A stretch of DNA of 64,000 bases, taken from Octopus sinensis. Its lineage: Eukaryota. The DNA is taken from NCBI RefSeq assembly GCF_006345805.1, contig NC_043006.1, forward strand, positions 78,244,001 to 78,308,000. The letters are read 5' to 3'. The translations under genes and the position numbers were made by a program. Below the pieces are notes generated by a model. The model was not told where the DNA came from and did not search any database. It worked only from the letters and a program-made list of their open reading frames with translations. Below are positions 27,031 through 43,943 of this stretch, piece by piece (positions within the stretch are counted from its first letter, which is position 1; each line of letters begins with the position of its first letter).

Positions 27031-27186
27031 ACATTATTTCCAATTGACGGATATTAGTCCTCATCTTGTTTGTTGTTAACACAACGTTTTGGCTAATACA
27101 CCTGATGAAGGCTGGAAGTTATATCAGCCGGAAGGTTGTGTTATCAACAAACATGAGGACAAACATCAGTCAATTGTAAATAATGT
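27031..27186. mobile_element. Short imperfect inverted-repeat element with a hammerhead remnant (27099-27140, +)
   Basis: Arms acattattt.caattgac..gtcctcat..tgtttgttg..aacacaac and their complement; cac-CTGATGA-a-ggctg..cagcc-GGAA. Confidence 0.65.
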
Positions 27187-27205
27187 GTGTATATACATAT
27201 ATATG

Positions 27206-27280
<75 letters not shown>

Positions 27281-27597
27281 TACAATAGAACCTCGCAGTA
27301 CGAGTACCCTATTGTACGGGCTTGGACTCGTGCGAATTTTTGTCTTGAAGTACGAGTAGAAATCCGTGGTACGAGAACACAAATCTTTGATGTAATTCAG
27401 CGAATAACACCGGTTTAAATATTTATTTTGCATTATCTTTTTTAAAATTGTCATTTTACTTGTAACTACTCCTCTGCTGTGCTAAAACTCATAAAAAATT
27501 ACTTTTGAATGGTTTTGGTGGGCTGGAACGGATTAATAATATTTTAGTTAATTTCAACGGATAAAATTGACTTATAAAACGAGTAAATTTTACTGTA
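27281..27597. mobile_element. pogo/Tigger-like MITE
   Basis: TA-flanked; TIR-like tacaatagaacctcg / cgagtaaattttactgta. Confidence 0.55.
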
Positions 27598-27660
27598 TGC
27601 GTGTATGTGTGTTTGTGTATGTGTGTGTGTGAATGTCTGAAGGTGTGTGTTTTATGTGTG

Positions 27661-27702
<42 letters not shown>

Positions 27703-28222
27703 TCGCCATGATAGATCGTTAGCCACTACACACATTTTTTCTCTCCTTGTTTTTTCTGTGTCCCTTTCTGTTGAAGATCGTGGGCTCGGAACGTAAAATA
27801 CTCTTTCTATTCCTGAGCCTTATACTAATACATGTGTTTGTTTCGTACACCAATTGTCTTCGTCTTCTGTTTTTTTTGCTTAAACTATCCCTATATATAT
27901 ATATATATATATAATATATATATATATAATATATATATATATACATGAATATGTATAGATGTGGTGTGTGACAGTAGGCATGACAAAGAATAGCAAAGAA
28001 TAGATCTAATGTTTCTTCTGCGTGTCGTAATGTGCGGTGAAAAGAAGTTGAAATCGTTGCTAGTGTGGCTCTTACGAATTCGGAGTGCAAATTCTTCTTT
28101 TCATCCCCCTTTTGGATAGGTACAAGAGACGTTAGGTCCACCCTTTGACATGCACGTTGCCAAGCAGCATATATATACATAATACATACATACCTACATA
28201 CATACATACATGCATACATACA

Positions 28223-28310
<88 letters not shown>

Positions 28311-28507
28311 TGTGTGTGAGAAAGTTATATATATATATATTATATATATATAATATATATATATATATATTAGAAGAAATGAGGTAATCAGAAGATCGGA
28401 TGGTTCATATTTATAGATATTTATTTATATATTACATTTTTTACATATATATATCATATCATTCAGATTATTAGCGCTTTCTCCCATTCTAGTGGGGTTT
28501 TCAAATC

Positions 28508-28542
<35 letters not shown>

Positions 28543-29302
28543 ATTCATAGTTTCTTTGTTAAAATAAGTATATATTGGTTTCGGATTTTGGCACAAAGAC
28601 AGCAGTTTTTAGAGTACGAGTAAGTGAATTACAAGTTTTTAACTTCAACTTGTTTTATCGACCTCGAAATGTTAAAAGGCAAAGTCGACCTCACTGGAAT
28701 TTGAACTCAGAACGTAATAAAAGAAAAAAATGGGCAAAATTGCGTGCTAACGATTCTACCACCTCGCCGCCTTTTGCTGTGTATACTCTAGTATCGAAAT
28801 CATGTTTTAAGAAAGAGCCCTACCTACATGTGAAATATTTTGGGGCAATATAAAGCATAAAAAATGGATTATAGGCGTAAAAGATGGATTATTACAAAGA
28901 ATAAGACCTGGGGTCGAATTGTTCGACTCAAGGCGGGGTTTGCTCTAGCATGGCTGCAGTCAAATGACTGAAACAAATAAAAGAATAAAATACCTTCGAA
29001 GCTTTCGAAAAGAGCTTCAGAAAAGATGAAATATTGAAAATGATTTACTGTTCTCACCGTTTAAATTTACTTCCCATACTAAATTATACAGATGTCGTAA
29101 TCTCAATTTCGGGTGGATTGTTATTATATACGAAATTAATTAAAACAGTGCAAAAATTACGTCTGCTTTATAGAGCATGAAGCATGAATATTTAAGAAAT
29201 GTAAATACCATGAAATTTATCTCCTATTTTTCTTACCATGACATTAGTAACGCAAACAACTATTTTAAAAGCATAACTTTTAATTAGGCAATACTTATAT
29301 CG

Positions 29303-29355
<53 letters not shown>

Positions 29356-30100
29356 TGTATGTATGTATGTATGTATGTATGTATGTATGTATGCATACAT
29401 ATATATATAATGATATATACATATATATATATTATATTATATTATATTATATCATATTAAAGGAAATATTCAAAGCCAATACAAAACGAGTGGAGATACT
29501 CGTTCCACCATGGATTTCATTTTTCCTCTAGTATTATATGTACCTGCTATAACGGAACCATAACACGGATCCTTAGATCCGGCCTCAGCTGTGATCTTGG
29601 AACCTAACTGTCGACTTACTATGGCACTTAACAAGCGTGCCTATTCGTTTAGATCACAAGTGAACTAAACCCTCATGTTTTATATATATATATATATATA
29701 TATCGGGGGAAGAATTCACGAAAAGACAAATAGACGAAGACAGGTGGTGTAGAAAACAAACAGATGTATTAGTTTAACGCTCGGGAAATGAAAAAGTCTT
29801 TAACATTTCGAGCCTACGCTCTTCAACAGAAAGGAACACAGAAAAAATAAGGACAGAAACAAGGAGAGAAAAAAATGTGTGTAGTGGCTAACCATCTATC
29901 ATGACGACTGATATAAATAAAGAAAGAACGTGTAGTGGTTAGCGATCTATCATGGCGAATGCCGGACAGAGGGGTCACACAAGAGAGCTAGGAAGAAGGG
30001 GAGATAATAAAGTAGTGGTGATCCCAAAACGTGCGTGTGTATAAGAGAGTATGTACGTGCGTGTAGAAGAGGGGTGGTAACTTTGATGTGTGCGTGTGTG

Positions 30101-30148
<48 letters not shown>

Positions 30149-31329
30149 TATATTTCGGCCGTGAAACTGCAGCCATGCTGTAGCACAGGCTTCAAACAAT
30201 TTTAGCCGAATGAATCGATACCATTGCTTATTATTTTAAGACTTATACTTACGCCGTCGGTCTCTTGTACTGACCGGCTACGATATGGGGATATAAACAT
30301 AGAAACACAAAGACATACACACACGTACATACATACACACTTTTACATTAGCCACATACACATTACCACATAGCCACGCTTGTACTTTTATATATGTATA
30401 TATATGTATGTATGTATGTATGTAAATATGCATGTATGTATGTAACCTTACATCTATTAATATTTCCAAGATGATTATGGTTGACAACCAGTGGTTATCC
30501 ATAAGATTATGATCGTTTCGCAGCCACATTCATGGGAAAGTTTCAGTGTATAATAAACTATTCTACATGTCTGCACCAATCTATGTGTTATAAATTACAT
30601 AATATTTACAAGCTAATACAGGTGTAGAAAGCTAGCTATTGGAATCCATAAAATATGGTATTTGCACCCTTCTTTTAACCCCAGTATACACTTTAAAAGT
30701 CATCTTCAAAATACTAACATGTGCTGAAAATAATTACTTAGAACATTTTCTATACAATATCAGATAGGAGGTTCAGTAAGATATTAAAAAAATAACAATA
30801 GTTGGTACTGGTGGAAATGAAGATTGTATATATAAAAGTGAGAGACAGACAGACAGACAGATAGACAGACAGACAAACAGACAGAGATAGAGACACAGAG
30901 TGAGTGGGAATCAGATAGTTTATCGTTATTAACCTAAAAGGTTTCCGCTACAATTCACCCGATAGGTGTCTATAAAGTCATCTTTACGCAATTTTAGTCA
31001 ATTTGAGGCTAAAGAAAATACCATTTGTTCAAGATGTCACGAAGTGTGAAGGGACAATAGACTTCGTGGCTGTGAAATAAAATCTTAGCCTTCCAGCTAT
31101 ATAGCGTCTACACACACACATATACACACATACACAAACACATAAACTTATACACAGAAACACATATATATACATATATATGTGTATGTATGTATACATG
31201 TATGTGTATGTACGTATGTGTATATGTATGTATATATGTGAGTGTATGTGTGTGAATGTATAAATGTATAAAATATGTGTGTATGTAATTAAGTATGTAT
31301 ATAATTATATGTATGTGTGTATATGCATG

Positions 31330-32300
31330 TATACGAACAGTCTTCCACTTATTTTAACCAATACCCCCACTTGCTAACTATGCAAACCTTACAACGTCTG
31401 TCGGACATTACAGATCCTTGGAGTATTCAAGAACCTGATGGACTGAGGACAATAACATGCTGTTTAAAGTTAGAAACTTCCAATCCCTACGCTACCACGA
31501 CACGAAACTGATTGAACTGCAAACACGATACAGTAACGGACGAAGGGCTGCAATCCCTGAATCGACATCAGTGGGTGACTTGTGCATTGATTTCAGTAAT
31601 GACGTATCTCTCCAACAGCATATTACTGAGTTGGTGGTAAAATTCAGGCGACTGGACTAATTGATGCTTAGAAAATTCAGAACCAAAAATCATGATGATT
31701 CAATGGAGAACAAATGTCCTTGGCTGTTCAAGCTACTGTTCCCAACAGTGGTCACCACACAGTGTAGAATTAACGGCGAAATTTAATCCATCCATCGAGG
31801 CTACACAAACAAGATCATTTCAATGCAACATGTCAGCTACTGAGAAAATCTGAAGAAATTAAGACCCTACTCTCTGGAGCAAAGGTGAGAAATATATGCA
31901 GTGATACACATCTGGAAAATCCTGGAAGGATTTCTACAAAACTTTGGCATTGAAAGCTACGTTACATGAACATCAGAACGGGGAGCTACAGCATGTTGCT
32001 AAAGATCTCAACACACCCATCAGGATAAGGGACCGATACTGCAACATCTTTTCTTTAAAGAGTACTTAGCTCTGCTCTTTAGTACTCTCTCAAAACACCA
32101 CACAGAGCTACATCGTGTGGATGTGGGGGTCTTCAAGATTGGATCCCGTCCTGTCAAAAGTTATGGACGAACCACCCTTGCAGAAGACAACAAAGATGAG
32201 AGCAGCAGCATCAAAATCCTTCATTCACCATATGCCACATATCAGATGCGGTTTAAAGAGGCGAAAGCGTAGGAAAACTGACTGCGGTGCGCCAGTATAG
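31330..32300 (+). mobile_element. CR1/L2-group LINE fragment, decayed (related to 10420-10770)
   Basis: Remnants resembling DLCIDFSNDVSLQQHITELVVK, YCSQ.WSP, L..LRPYSLE.R.E.Y..I.IWKILEG, VPDEP. Confidence 0.75.
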
Positions 32301-32386
32301 ATGCAGCTTTACATATATACATACATAAATATATATATATTATATATATATATATATATAATATATATATATGTGTGTGTGTGTGT

Positions 32387-32418
<32 letters not shown>

Positions 32419-32446
32419 GAAGGTTGAAAAGGAACACACAAATTGA

Positions 32447-32806
32447 TATATATGGAAAAAAAGTCAAGGTAGGATATGCTAAAATAATTTTATGAAAAAC
32501 ATTTCAGTACCGGTTTCAATCATTGAGACTTTTTCAACTGTCAGTATGGAAAACAATTAAATTTGGGAAAAATTAAAGAAAAGTATTTTACAAGAATATT
32601 CGCATAGCATTCAAGTACAAGGAGCATTTTCCTTGTTTTTGCCGGTCTCTGTACCCCTTATTCATGTTGGTTCTTTTAGTTTTTTTACAAAACTTAATTC
32701 TTTTCCATACATTCAGTTCAAAAAGTCTCAATGACTGAAATCGGTACTGAAATGTTTTTTATAAAATTATTTTAGCATTTTCTACCTTGACATTTTTCCA
32801 TATATA
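32447..32806. mobile_element. Inverted-repeat element (about 115-bp arms) with degenerate hammerhead folds in the arms
   Basis: tatggaaaaa..gtcaaggtag..catttcagtaccggtttcaatcattgagactttttcaactg is mirrored at about 32690-32806. Confidence 0.75.
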
Positions 32807-32846
32807 TATATATATTGATACGTACATATGCCCCAGTATAGCCGTA

Positions 32847-32934
<88 letters not shown>

Positions 32935-32949
32935 GAGGTACATATGTGT

Positions 32950-33340
32950 ATGTGTGTGACTGCATTGCAAGAATCTTTTCTCCTAACCACGTCGTTCCGG
33001 GTTCAGTCCATCCCACAGCGTGGCACGTTGGGGAAGTGTCTTCTACTATCACCTCCAAACGAACTCGACCACGTGAGTGGCTTTGGAAGACAGAAACTGA
33101 AATAATATACATATATATATACACATACACACACACATCTATGTGTGTGTGTGTCTTTGTGTCTCTGTTTTTTCCCACCCTCTCACCGCAACGTAGCGGT
33201 TCAGTAAAAGAGATACAGAGAATAAGTATTAGGCTTAAAACATATGTCGTGGCGTCGATTGGTTCGACAAAGCCCTCTCAAGGAAGTGCTCCGACATGGC
33301 CGCAGTCAAATGGCTGAAACCAGTAAACGAGTAAAAGAAT
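32950..33340 (+). mobile_element. SINE family A, diverged
   Basis: Head and 3' tail (catggccgcagtcaaatggctgaaac) recognisable. Confidence 0.75.
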
Positions 33341-33899
33341 ATCTATCTGGCTCAACTTACATATTATTCTACTTTTAAAATGTAGTCAACATTGTATCAT
33401 TTATTAAATTCATATGTGGGCGGGTGGGGGCACGTGTGTGTTATAATTTAGCCATCCTTAGTTTGATAATATTTCGGAATAAAATTCCTTCTTTTGAAGA
33501 AGGAATTTTATTCCGAAATATTTTCACACTATGAATGACTAAATTACAACAGGTATATTGCCCATTGTTTGCATTATAGTCCATCGTTGTACCATATATA
33601 TATATATATATGTAATGCATGAATGTATGTATGTATGTGTATATATATATATATATATACTTGTATATGATGTGTTGTGAATTTATGGAAAGAAATTCCA
33701 TAAAACTCATCAATTTAGTTAAAAATGGAGAAGAGAAGATGTTAAAATATATAAGCTCCTTACTCATCTATAGAGGAAACGACTCTGAGACGTCTCTCAC
33801 TTATATTCTCAAATAAGCGTTATAGCCTTTAATTATAATTAATACCTAACTGGAATCACATCTCTTTTCTCATAAGGATAAATATGAATCTGCTAGATC

Positions 33900-34979
33900 C
33901 TGTTCTGCTATTTCCTTTCTTAAGTTGCCAGTTGTTTCGTCTACAAAGCCTGTAAGGTGCGAGAGATTGAAGATGGAAACGTATCACCAGTATCAAAGCA
34001 TAAAAAGCATTCTAGATGCTCTGAAATCATTACAACACCTGAATTTATCCAGCAAGTTCAACAAACCATTGGTTACAAACCCCCAAAAATCCATGAAGTC
34101 AATTGCAAAAGATTTCGATTTCAGAAAGAACGGTCAGAAATGTTGTCAACGAAGACATCAGATATAAGTCTTATATGATGAGGAAACGTCAATTTATCAA
34201 AAATAGTAAAAGAAAATCACTACATCAGATCTAAATGGCTCTTAAACAAACTGAAGAATCCAGCAGAATGAGATTTGATTTGGTTTTACTCAACGAGAAA
34301 AACTTGACAAACGACAAAGATCAAAACATTAACAGAAGAAATGACAGATGATTATGTGCAGACCCTTCTGAAGTTCCACGTGTTATGCATACAAAATTGT
34401 CTGCAACTGTCATCGTTTTAGGGGTCGTCAGCAATGAAGAACATGTGATGTTCCTTTACTTCTTTCCACAAAGCCTAAGTTTTAACTTTCCCATCTACAT
34501 TGAGCTCCTGGAAGTAATTGTTAAGCCCTGGATAAACACTTTATGCAATGGATGACCATATGTGTTTCAATAAGACTCTACACTATCACACATGGCTCTA
34601 CAAAAATGGATGGCTGAAAATTTTCATGATAGCATAACCCCTAAAATTTGGGTTTTTAATACCCCACATCTCAATCCATTGGACTATTACATATGCAACA
34701 CAGTAGAGAGAGAGAGACAAATGAATACGCCCATAACACCAAATATTCTCTGAAAGCTGCCATAGTCAGACTAATGTTCGAAATGAACCAGAACCACTTG
34801 ATTCGAGCTTGTAGATGATTTTGATCTCGTATAGAATCAGATGTTGAAGATGAAGGTGGCTTTATAGAACGTTATAAAAAAAGAAAGTTTAATTTTACCC
34901 TCATAAAGTTATTATCTGTTATTATGTATCTGTTTTGTTTATAAACATAAGTCTGTCCTCAAATATCTTCCGCACCCTG
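33900..34979 (+). mobile_element. maT/DD37D-type Tc1-mariner transposon, decayed
   Basis: HKKHSRCSEIITTPEFIQQVQQ..KSMKSIAKD, GVVSNEEHVM..FFPQ, YVFQ*DS..SH, LNPLDYY; 3' TIR ..aaatatcttccgcaccctg followed by TA. Confidence 0.8.
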
Positions 34980-35600
<621 letters not shown>

Positions 35601-35962
35601 ATATATGCATAAATACATACATCTGATGTCGAACATTCATTTCACTAATCTAACATATCTAAATCGCTGTTCACTTTACTTAAATTCAGTTCATCAACTT
35701 AAATAAGATCCCTTCTTTCGAATAATTACATCATATATTAAAAAGAATTAGACTTCTGGCGTACACTACAATATTCATTTGTTATCGGAATCCAATATCA
35801 AAACAGGATACCCCTTTGTATATAAGTCAATTAACGAGAATCAAACACACACCACGACTATGTTTCGGGAAATAGAATATATGTTAGTGATTTCATGGAA
35901 AAGTGTGTATTGTTGATATTTAGTAACTTTAAAAGAAAATGCTTGTATCTCACTTTACTTAC

Positions 35963-36041
35963 CTTGTATACAAAAACCAAGTATCAACAATATATTCCAG
36001 CGGATACTTCGTAACCATGGATCATATAGTTCTGCCAACAT
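35963..36041 (-). CDS. Candidate first coding exon with a signal-peptide-like N-terminus (MLAELYDPWLRSIRWNILLILGFCIQ, phase 1)
   Basis: Unique sequence; ATG in aaacATG context, open frame, hydrophobic stretch, consensus donor CAAG|GTAAGT. No homology could be checked. Confidence 0.5.
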
Positions 36042-36179
36042 GTTTTCCTTCGCTGGTCTCTCTGTAATCCAACACACTCTATCTGTTTTGATGTTGCTAT
36101 AGCTGTTACTATTAATATATAAGAATCGCTTGTGTTGCTATTAATCTTATCTTTATTGTTTTTTTATTCTTGTCTTTGT

Positions 36180-36450
36180 TGTTTATGACAAAAGTAATAA
36201 TGGTGTTGGCGGCGGCGGTGGCGGTGGTTGGTAGTGGTGGTGGTAGAGGCGGTGTAGATTTGTTAAAATCGCTTGCTTTGATTCATTTTTGAGCAACGTA
36301 CTTCTCAGATCGATTAAGAAATTCCCATTCGATTTTGGTTTAAGAAAAAATATCAAGAGACCATCCGTGGTGAGAGCAACAATAACAACAAAAAACAACA
36401 ACAACAGCAGTAGCATTAGTAGTAGCAGCAGCAGCAGCAGCAACAGAAGA
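36180..36450. repeat. GGC/GGT and CAA/CAG trinucleotide tracts (possible 5'UTR/promoter-proximal region)
   Basis: Directly visible, just upstream of the candidate first exon. Confidence 0.6.
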
Positions 36451-36765
36451 AGGAGAAGCAGACACTAAACAGGAGGTGTCCTTGTTATGTTTTCGTCTCG
36501 TTATTTTTGTCGTTTTCTATTTCTCGTTTTTTCGTTTATTTTATTTTACCGGTGTGACAATGAGTAGGAGAAACAGGTTGACGAAAGCGTCCACTGGCAA
36601 CAAAGTTATAAAAGTAAAACTATATCTGTGTGCGTGTGTGTATGTGTGTCTTGTGTAGTTGTGTGTACATATATATATATATATATTTAAGTTATAGACA
36701 CAACTCACGTAATAAATAGATGGATAGCTTAAACAGACAAAGAAATAGATTTGTAGATAGATAAG

Positions 36766-36815
<50 letters not shown>

Positions 36816-37015
36816 TGTTTCTTTATTAGCCACACAGGGCTGCACACAGACAGAACAAATTACAAGGTAGAGCTTTTCTTTTGGAGGTAAAAAAAAAGGG
36901 GGTTGGTTTTCGATCAAAAGGGATCGTAAAAGGAAAGAAAGAGGACAAAAAAGGGGAGGATTTAAAAAAAAAAGGGGGTAGAGGGAAAAAAAAGAAAAAG
37001 GGAGAGGAAAAAAGA
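36816..37015 (-). mobile_element. Tx1/L1-clade LINE copy 1 (3'UTR only)
   Basis: Same 3' end as copies 2 and 3 (..gcagccctgtgtggctAATAAAgaaaca). Confidence 0.9.
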
Positions 37016-37016
37016 G

Positions 37017-37080
<64 letters not shown>

Positions 37081-37083
37081 GGG

Positions 37084-37114
<31 letters not shown>

Positions 37115-37210
37115 GTAGATAGATAGATAGATAGATAGATAGATATATAGATAGATAGATGATAGATAAATAGATAGATAGATAGATAGACAGATAGATA
37201 GATAGATAGG

Positions 37211-37246
<36 letters not shown>

Positions 37247-37247
37247 C

Positions 37248-37299
<52 letters not shown>

Positions 37300-37340
37300 G
37301 GGTAGATAGATAGATAGGTAGATAGATAGATAGATAGATA

Positions 37341-40300
37341 TGTTTCTTATTAGCCACACAGGGCTGCACACAGATAGAACAAATTACAAGGTAGAGCTTT
37401 TCTTTTGAAGGTATTAAAAAAAAAAAAAAAAAAAAAAAAAAGGAAGGGGGAGGTTCGATCAAAAGGGATCGTAAAAGGAGAAAGAGGACAAAAATAAGGG
37501 GGTTAAAAAAAAAAAAAAAAAGGGGGGGGGAGGAAAAAAAATGATCAATAGGGATCGGTTATCACAGAAATGTCAATATGAAGTGTAAGGGGAGGACAGG
37601 TGAGGTTTACCGTGGAAAGAAAAGCCTGCGGAAAAGACCACGGTAACCTCGGTCAATGAAGTCACATTTATATTTCTTTTTTTTTTTTTTTTTTTTTTGC
37701 AAATAAGCAACTCTCTGTTTTCGATTTCTGGGTTCATAGGACTATGCTCAAGGTGGCTTCGTCATTCATACGTGCCATTCTTGCTACATTCACCATCTTT
37801 TTTAAAACATTCGCTAGACAAAACTTGCCTCTCTACTCTCACTTCCTTTTCAAGTGGTACTTGAAGAAGTTGATGAGAGATTGACCAGAGAGGAAAGTGT
37901 TGTCTCCAATCCTTTCAGACGCGTCCACCAGATACATTCTTTCGCCATAGCCACAAGGATGATGAAAATAGCTCTTCCTTCCGTTTGAAGGAAGGAGGCG
38001 TGACAATATTGACGATAGACTCAGCTGATAAACCGACTCGTCCCACACGTGACAGCAGTTGTTCGACATAAGCCACAGGTCGGAATTGTTGGACACTGAA
38101 CGAGTGCGTGCAGAACGGTTTCGTCGCTCTGACCGCATCTGGCAGGTCGGCCCCGTGTTCTCGAGCCGTGTCTGTAGAGCTTATCCCGAACGGGTAGCGC
38201 TTCTCGGTAGCACTGCCAGGCCAGGGATCTCTGGAAGTTGTCCATGGGCCCTGGCCCGAAAGTCGTCCCGAACAGGCGGGTCAGGTAATCCTCGTCGACG
38301 TCCAGGTTCGCCCGAACTCGTCGTCGTACCTCCCCTCCACTAAACCCCTATAGAATGCTTTGGTTGTGTTGAAGTCACTTAAGGTCGACCCAGGACGGCA
38401 GAGTTGCTTGAGAGCAACGCGACACTCGCGGTGCCATTCGCCCTTCCTCGGCCTCTTTTTGATCCACGACTGCAGTTCGATCATGGAGACGAGCTGCGGG
38501 AAAGCGTGCTCTCACAACGGCGACCACACTGTTCACCGTCGTCTACATAGAGCCAGAGATGTCGCAGTCTCAGCGCGTGTCTGCGCATCATCAACCACGG
38601 CATGCCCAGCCCTCCTTTTAACGGGTGTTGACAGCAAATGGATCGCCTGACCATCGGGACGCATCCTTTCCACAAGAAGCGAAAGAGGATGCGTTGTAGT
38701 TTGGTGATGGTAGGGTCGGGACAAGGTACGACGGTCAGCGGTAGTAGATGACGGACGCGATGTACGTGTTCGCCACCTCCGCTCGACCTTTTAGGGACAG
38801 TTTCCTCTCGGCCCATTGCGGGCGAGAGTGACCACCCTACTCGTTATCTCGTTCCAGTTCTTCTCCACTTGGAGGTCGGACCAAACCAGACCCCGAGCAA
38901 CTCAACCGGGCCGTCGGTCCAGCGTCCCACGACGGAGGCGCTGGTGGACGGCATGGGCTGCTTCTCCAGGTGCCTAGTCGCAAGCCCACTGACTTTTCCC
39001 GGTTGATTTTCGCTCCTGTCACCGCTTCGTAGTTTTTCAGTGTCTCGCCGACCAGCTCGATGTGCTCGTGGCTAGACACTATGACGGTGACCGTCGTCCG
39101 CGTATGCAGACACGCTCGTCCCGCATCCCAATTCTCGCGGGATGCCCCTTAGAGTCGCCAGCTTCCGCAGTAGTGGCTCAAGAGTCAATACGTATAGAAG
39201 CGCCGAGAGGGGGCATCCTGACGGACCGAACGTGCAATGTCGAAAGGTCTCGATAGATGTCCATTTACGCGAATTACCGAACGGATGCCTCTGTACAAGG
39301 CAGCTATCCAGCCGCGGAAGACGGGACCGAAACCAGCCGCTCTCAGGACTGCCTCCAAGTATCGATGGTCTACCCCATCAAAGGCTTTTGATTGATCCAA
39401 GTTGATCAGGGCCCCACCCATGACAGGTTCGTAACTACCCTGTCTATGATGTAGCGCATCAGATGGAGGTTGTCATGATGGTCCGGCCTGGCACGGCGCA
39501 TGTTTGCGCCTTGTCGACCAGTTTCTCGATGACAAGCGCCAACCTCTTGGCTAGCACCTGGCCAAATTTTCAAGTCTGCATTAAGCAGAGTGATGGCCTA
39601 AAGTTATCTATTACATTTCCCTTGTTTAGATCTTTCTTCAGCAGTGTTACGGCTCCTCGGCTCACAAAACCAGGAATGCTCCCGTTTTGCTGCCAGTTGC
39701 AGTACACCGCCGCCAAGAGATCTCCAAACAAGTCTGGCATACAATTGTAAAGCTCGTAGGGTAGACCATCCAAACCCGGTGATTTGTCCCTCGAGCATTC
39801 TGCCATCGCTTCCCGCACTTCCGCCGCCGTGATGGCACCTTCGCAGCACCCTGCCTTTCTTGTCGAGAGTCGTGGTAGGCTATGTAGGTAGGCACTGAAG
39901 TCCACCCTACGTTCTTGCCCTCCACTCGTTCCGAACAGTCGGGCAAAATGCTGCTGAAAGGCTCACACATTTTAATTGGCTCGAGCAATTCGCGGCCCTG
40001 TTCATCTACCAGTGACGAATGGTGGCTTTGTTGCCCTGTTGCGCCTCTGCCACCCGGGCCTCTCTCGCGGCTCCAACACCTTCGTTCCTTAGAGCACGCA
40101 TCCTAGCTCTGACAGCAAATCCTCGTGTTTGCGTTGAAGTGTTGGTCGAGGGCCAACCTCGCCGCCAAAACGTCGGATGCGATGCCGCTTCTAATTGCCT
40201 CTTCTAGCTTCTTAATAGCTCACCCTCTACTCTATTTCTATCTATGGCTAGTGCTTGCGGTACCTAATCGCTTCTGCTTTTACTGCTCTCTTGGGCAAAC

Positions 40301-40941
40301 CACCCTTTGTTGTTGATGATGGCTCCCGTCAAAGCCCTCTTTACTAGTGTGCTAATCCGGTCTCTGAAAACTTGTTCTCGATGGGAAAGACGCGTTTAGT
40401 TTCCAGTATCCGGGACCCTGCCTAGTTCTTACCTAGTCTAGCGTACATGTCACAAGTTGTGATCCGTGTAGCTGACTATGTGGAATTGTGGACATCCTAT
40501 GCTATCTCTATCTACTGTCCTACACAGTATCCTATCTAGATAGATCTCGACGACCCGATGCGGTTGCTCCATGTCACGTTTGGCGCATTCGGGTGGTCTA
40601 GTCGAAACCTGTCAGACAGTTGAAAGCGTCTGAGCAGGTCTTGAGGCATTTGCATCCCCGTCTATTCTATCTCTACCCACGTAGTCTACATGCGTGTCCA
40701 AGGTAGCATTCCAATCCCCCACTAAGAGTAAAGGACGAGACGTTCCCAAGAAAACTTCTAGACGTTGAAAGAAATCCGCCCGACCTGTTAAGGGCGGTGC
40801 GTAAACTGATACGAGCCGAAAAGCGCACCCATTGCTGCCGTCGACATCCAGGACGACCAGTCTACCCTCCGGGTCTACGAATATTGTCCTTACATTGAGA
40901 TCCAGACTCTTGTGAAAAAGTACCGCGGTGCCACTACCGCT
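37341..40941 (-). mobile_element. Tx1/L1-clade LINE copy 2 (3.6 kb; partial APE endonuclease, RT, C-terminal Cys/His region; frameshifted)
   Basis: RLVSVYAP..LVGDWNATLD (APE), KSPGLDGLPYELY, LINLDQSKAFDGVDH, RCGQSDETVLHALVQCP. Confidence 0.92.
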
Positions 40942-40978
40942 AGATAGATAGATAGATAGGTAGATAGATAGATAGATA

Positions 40979-43943
<2,965 letters not shown>

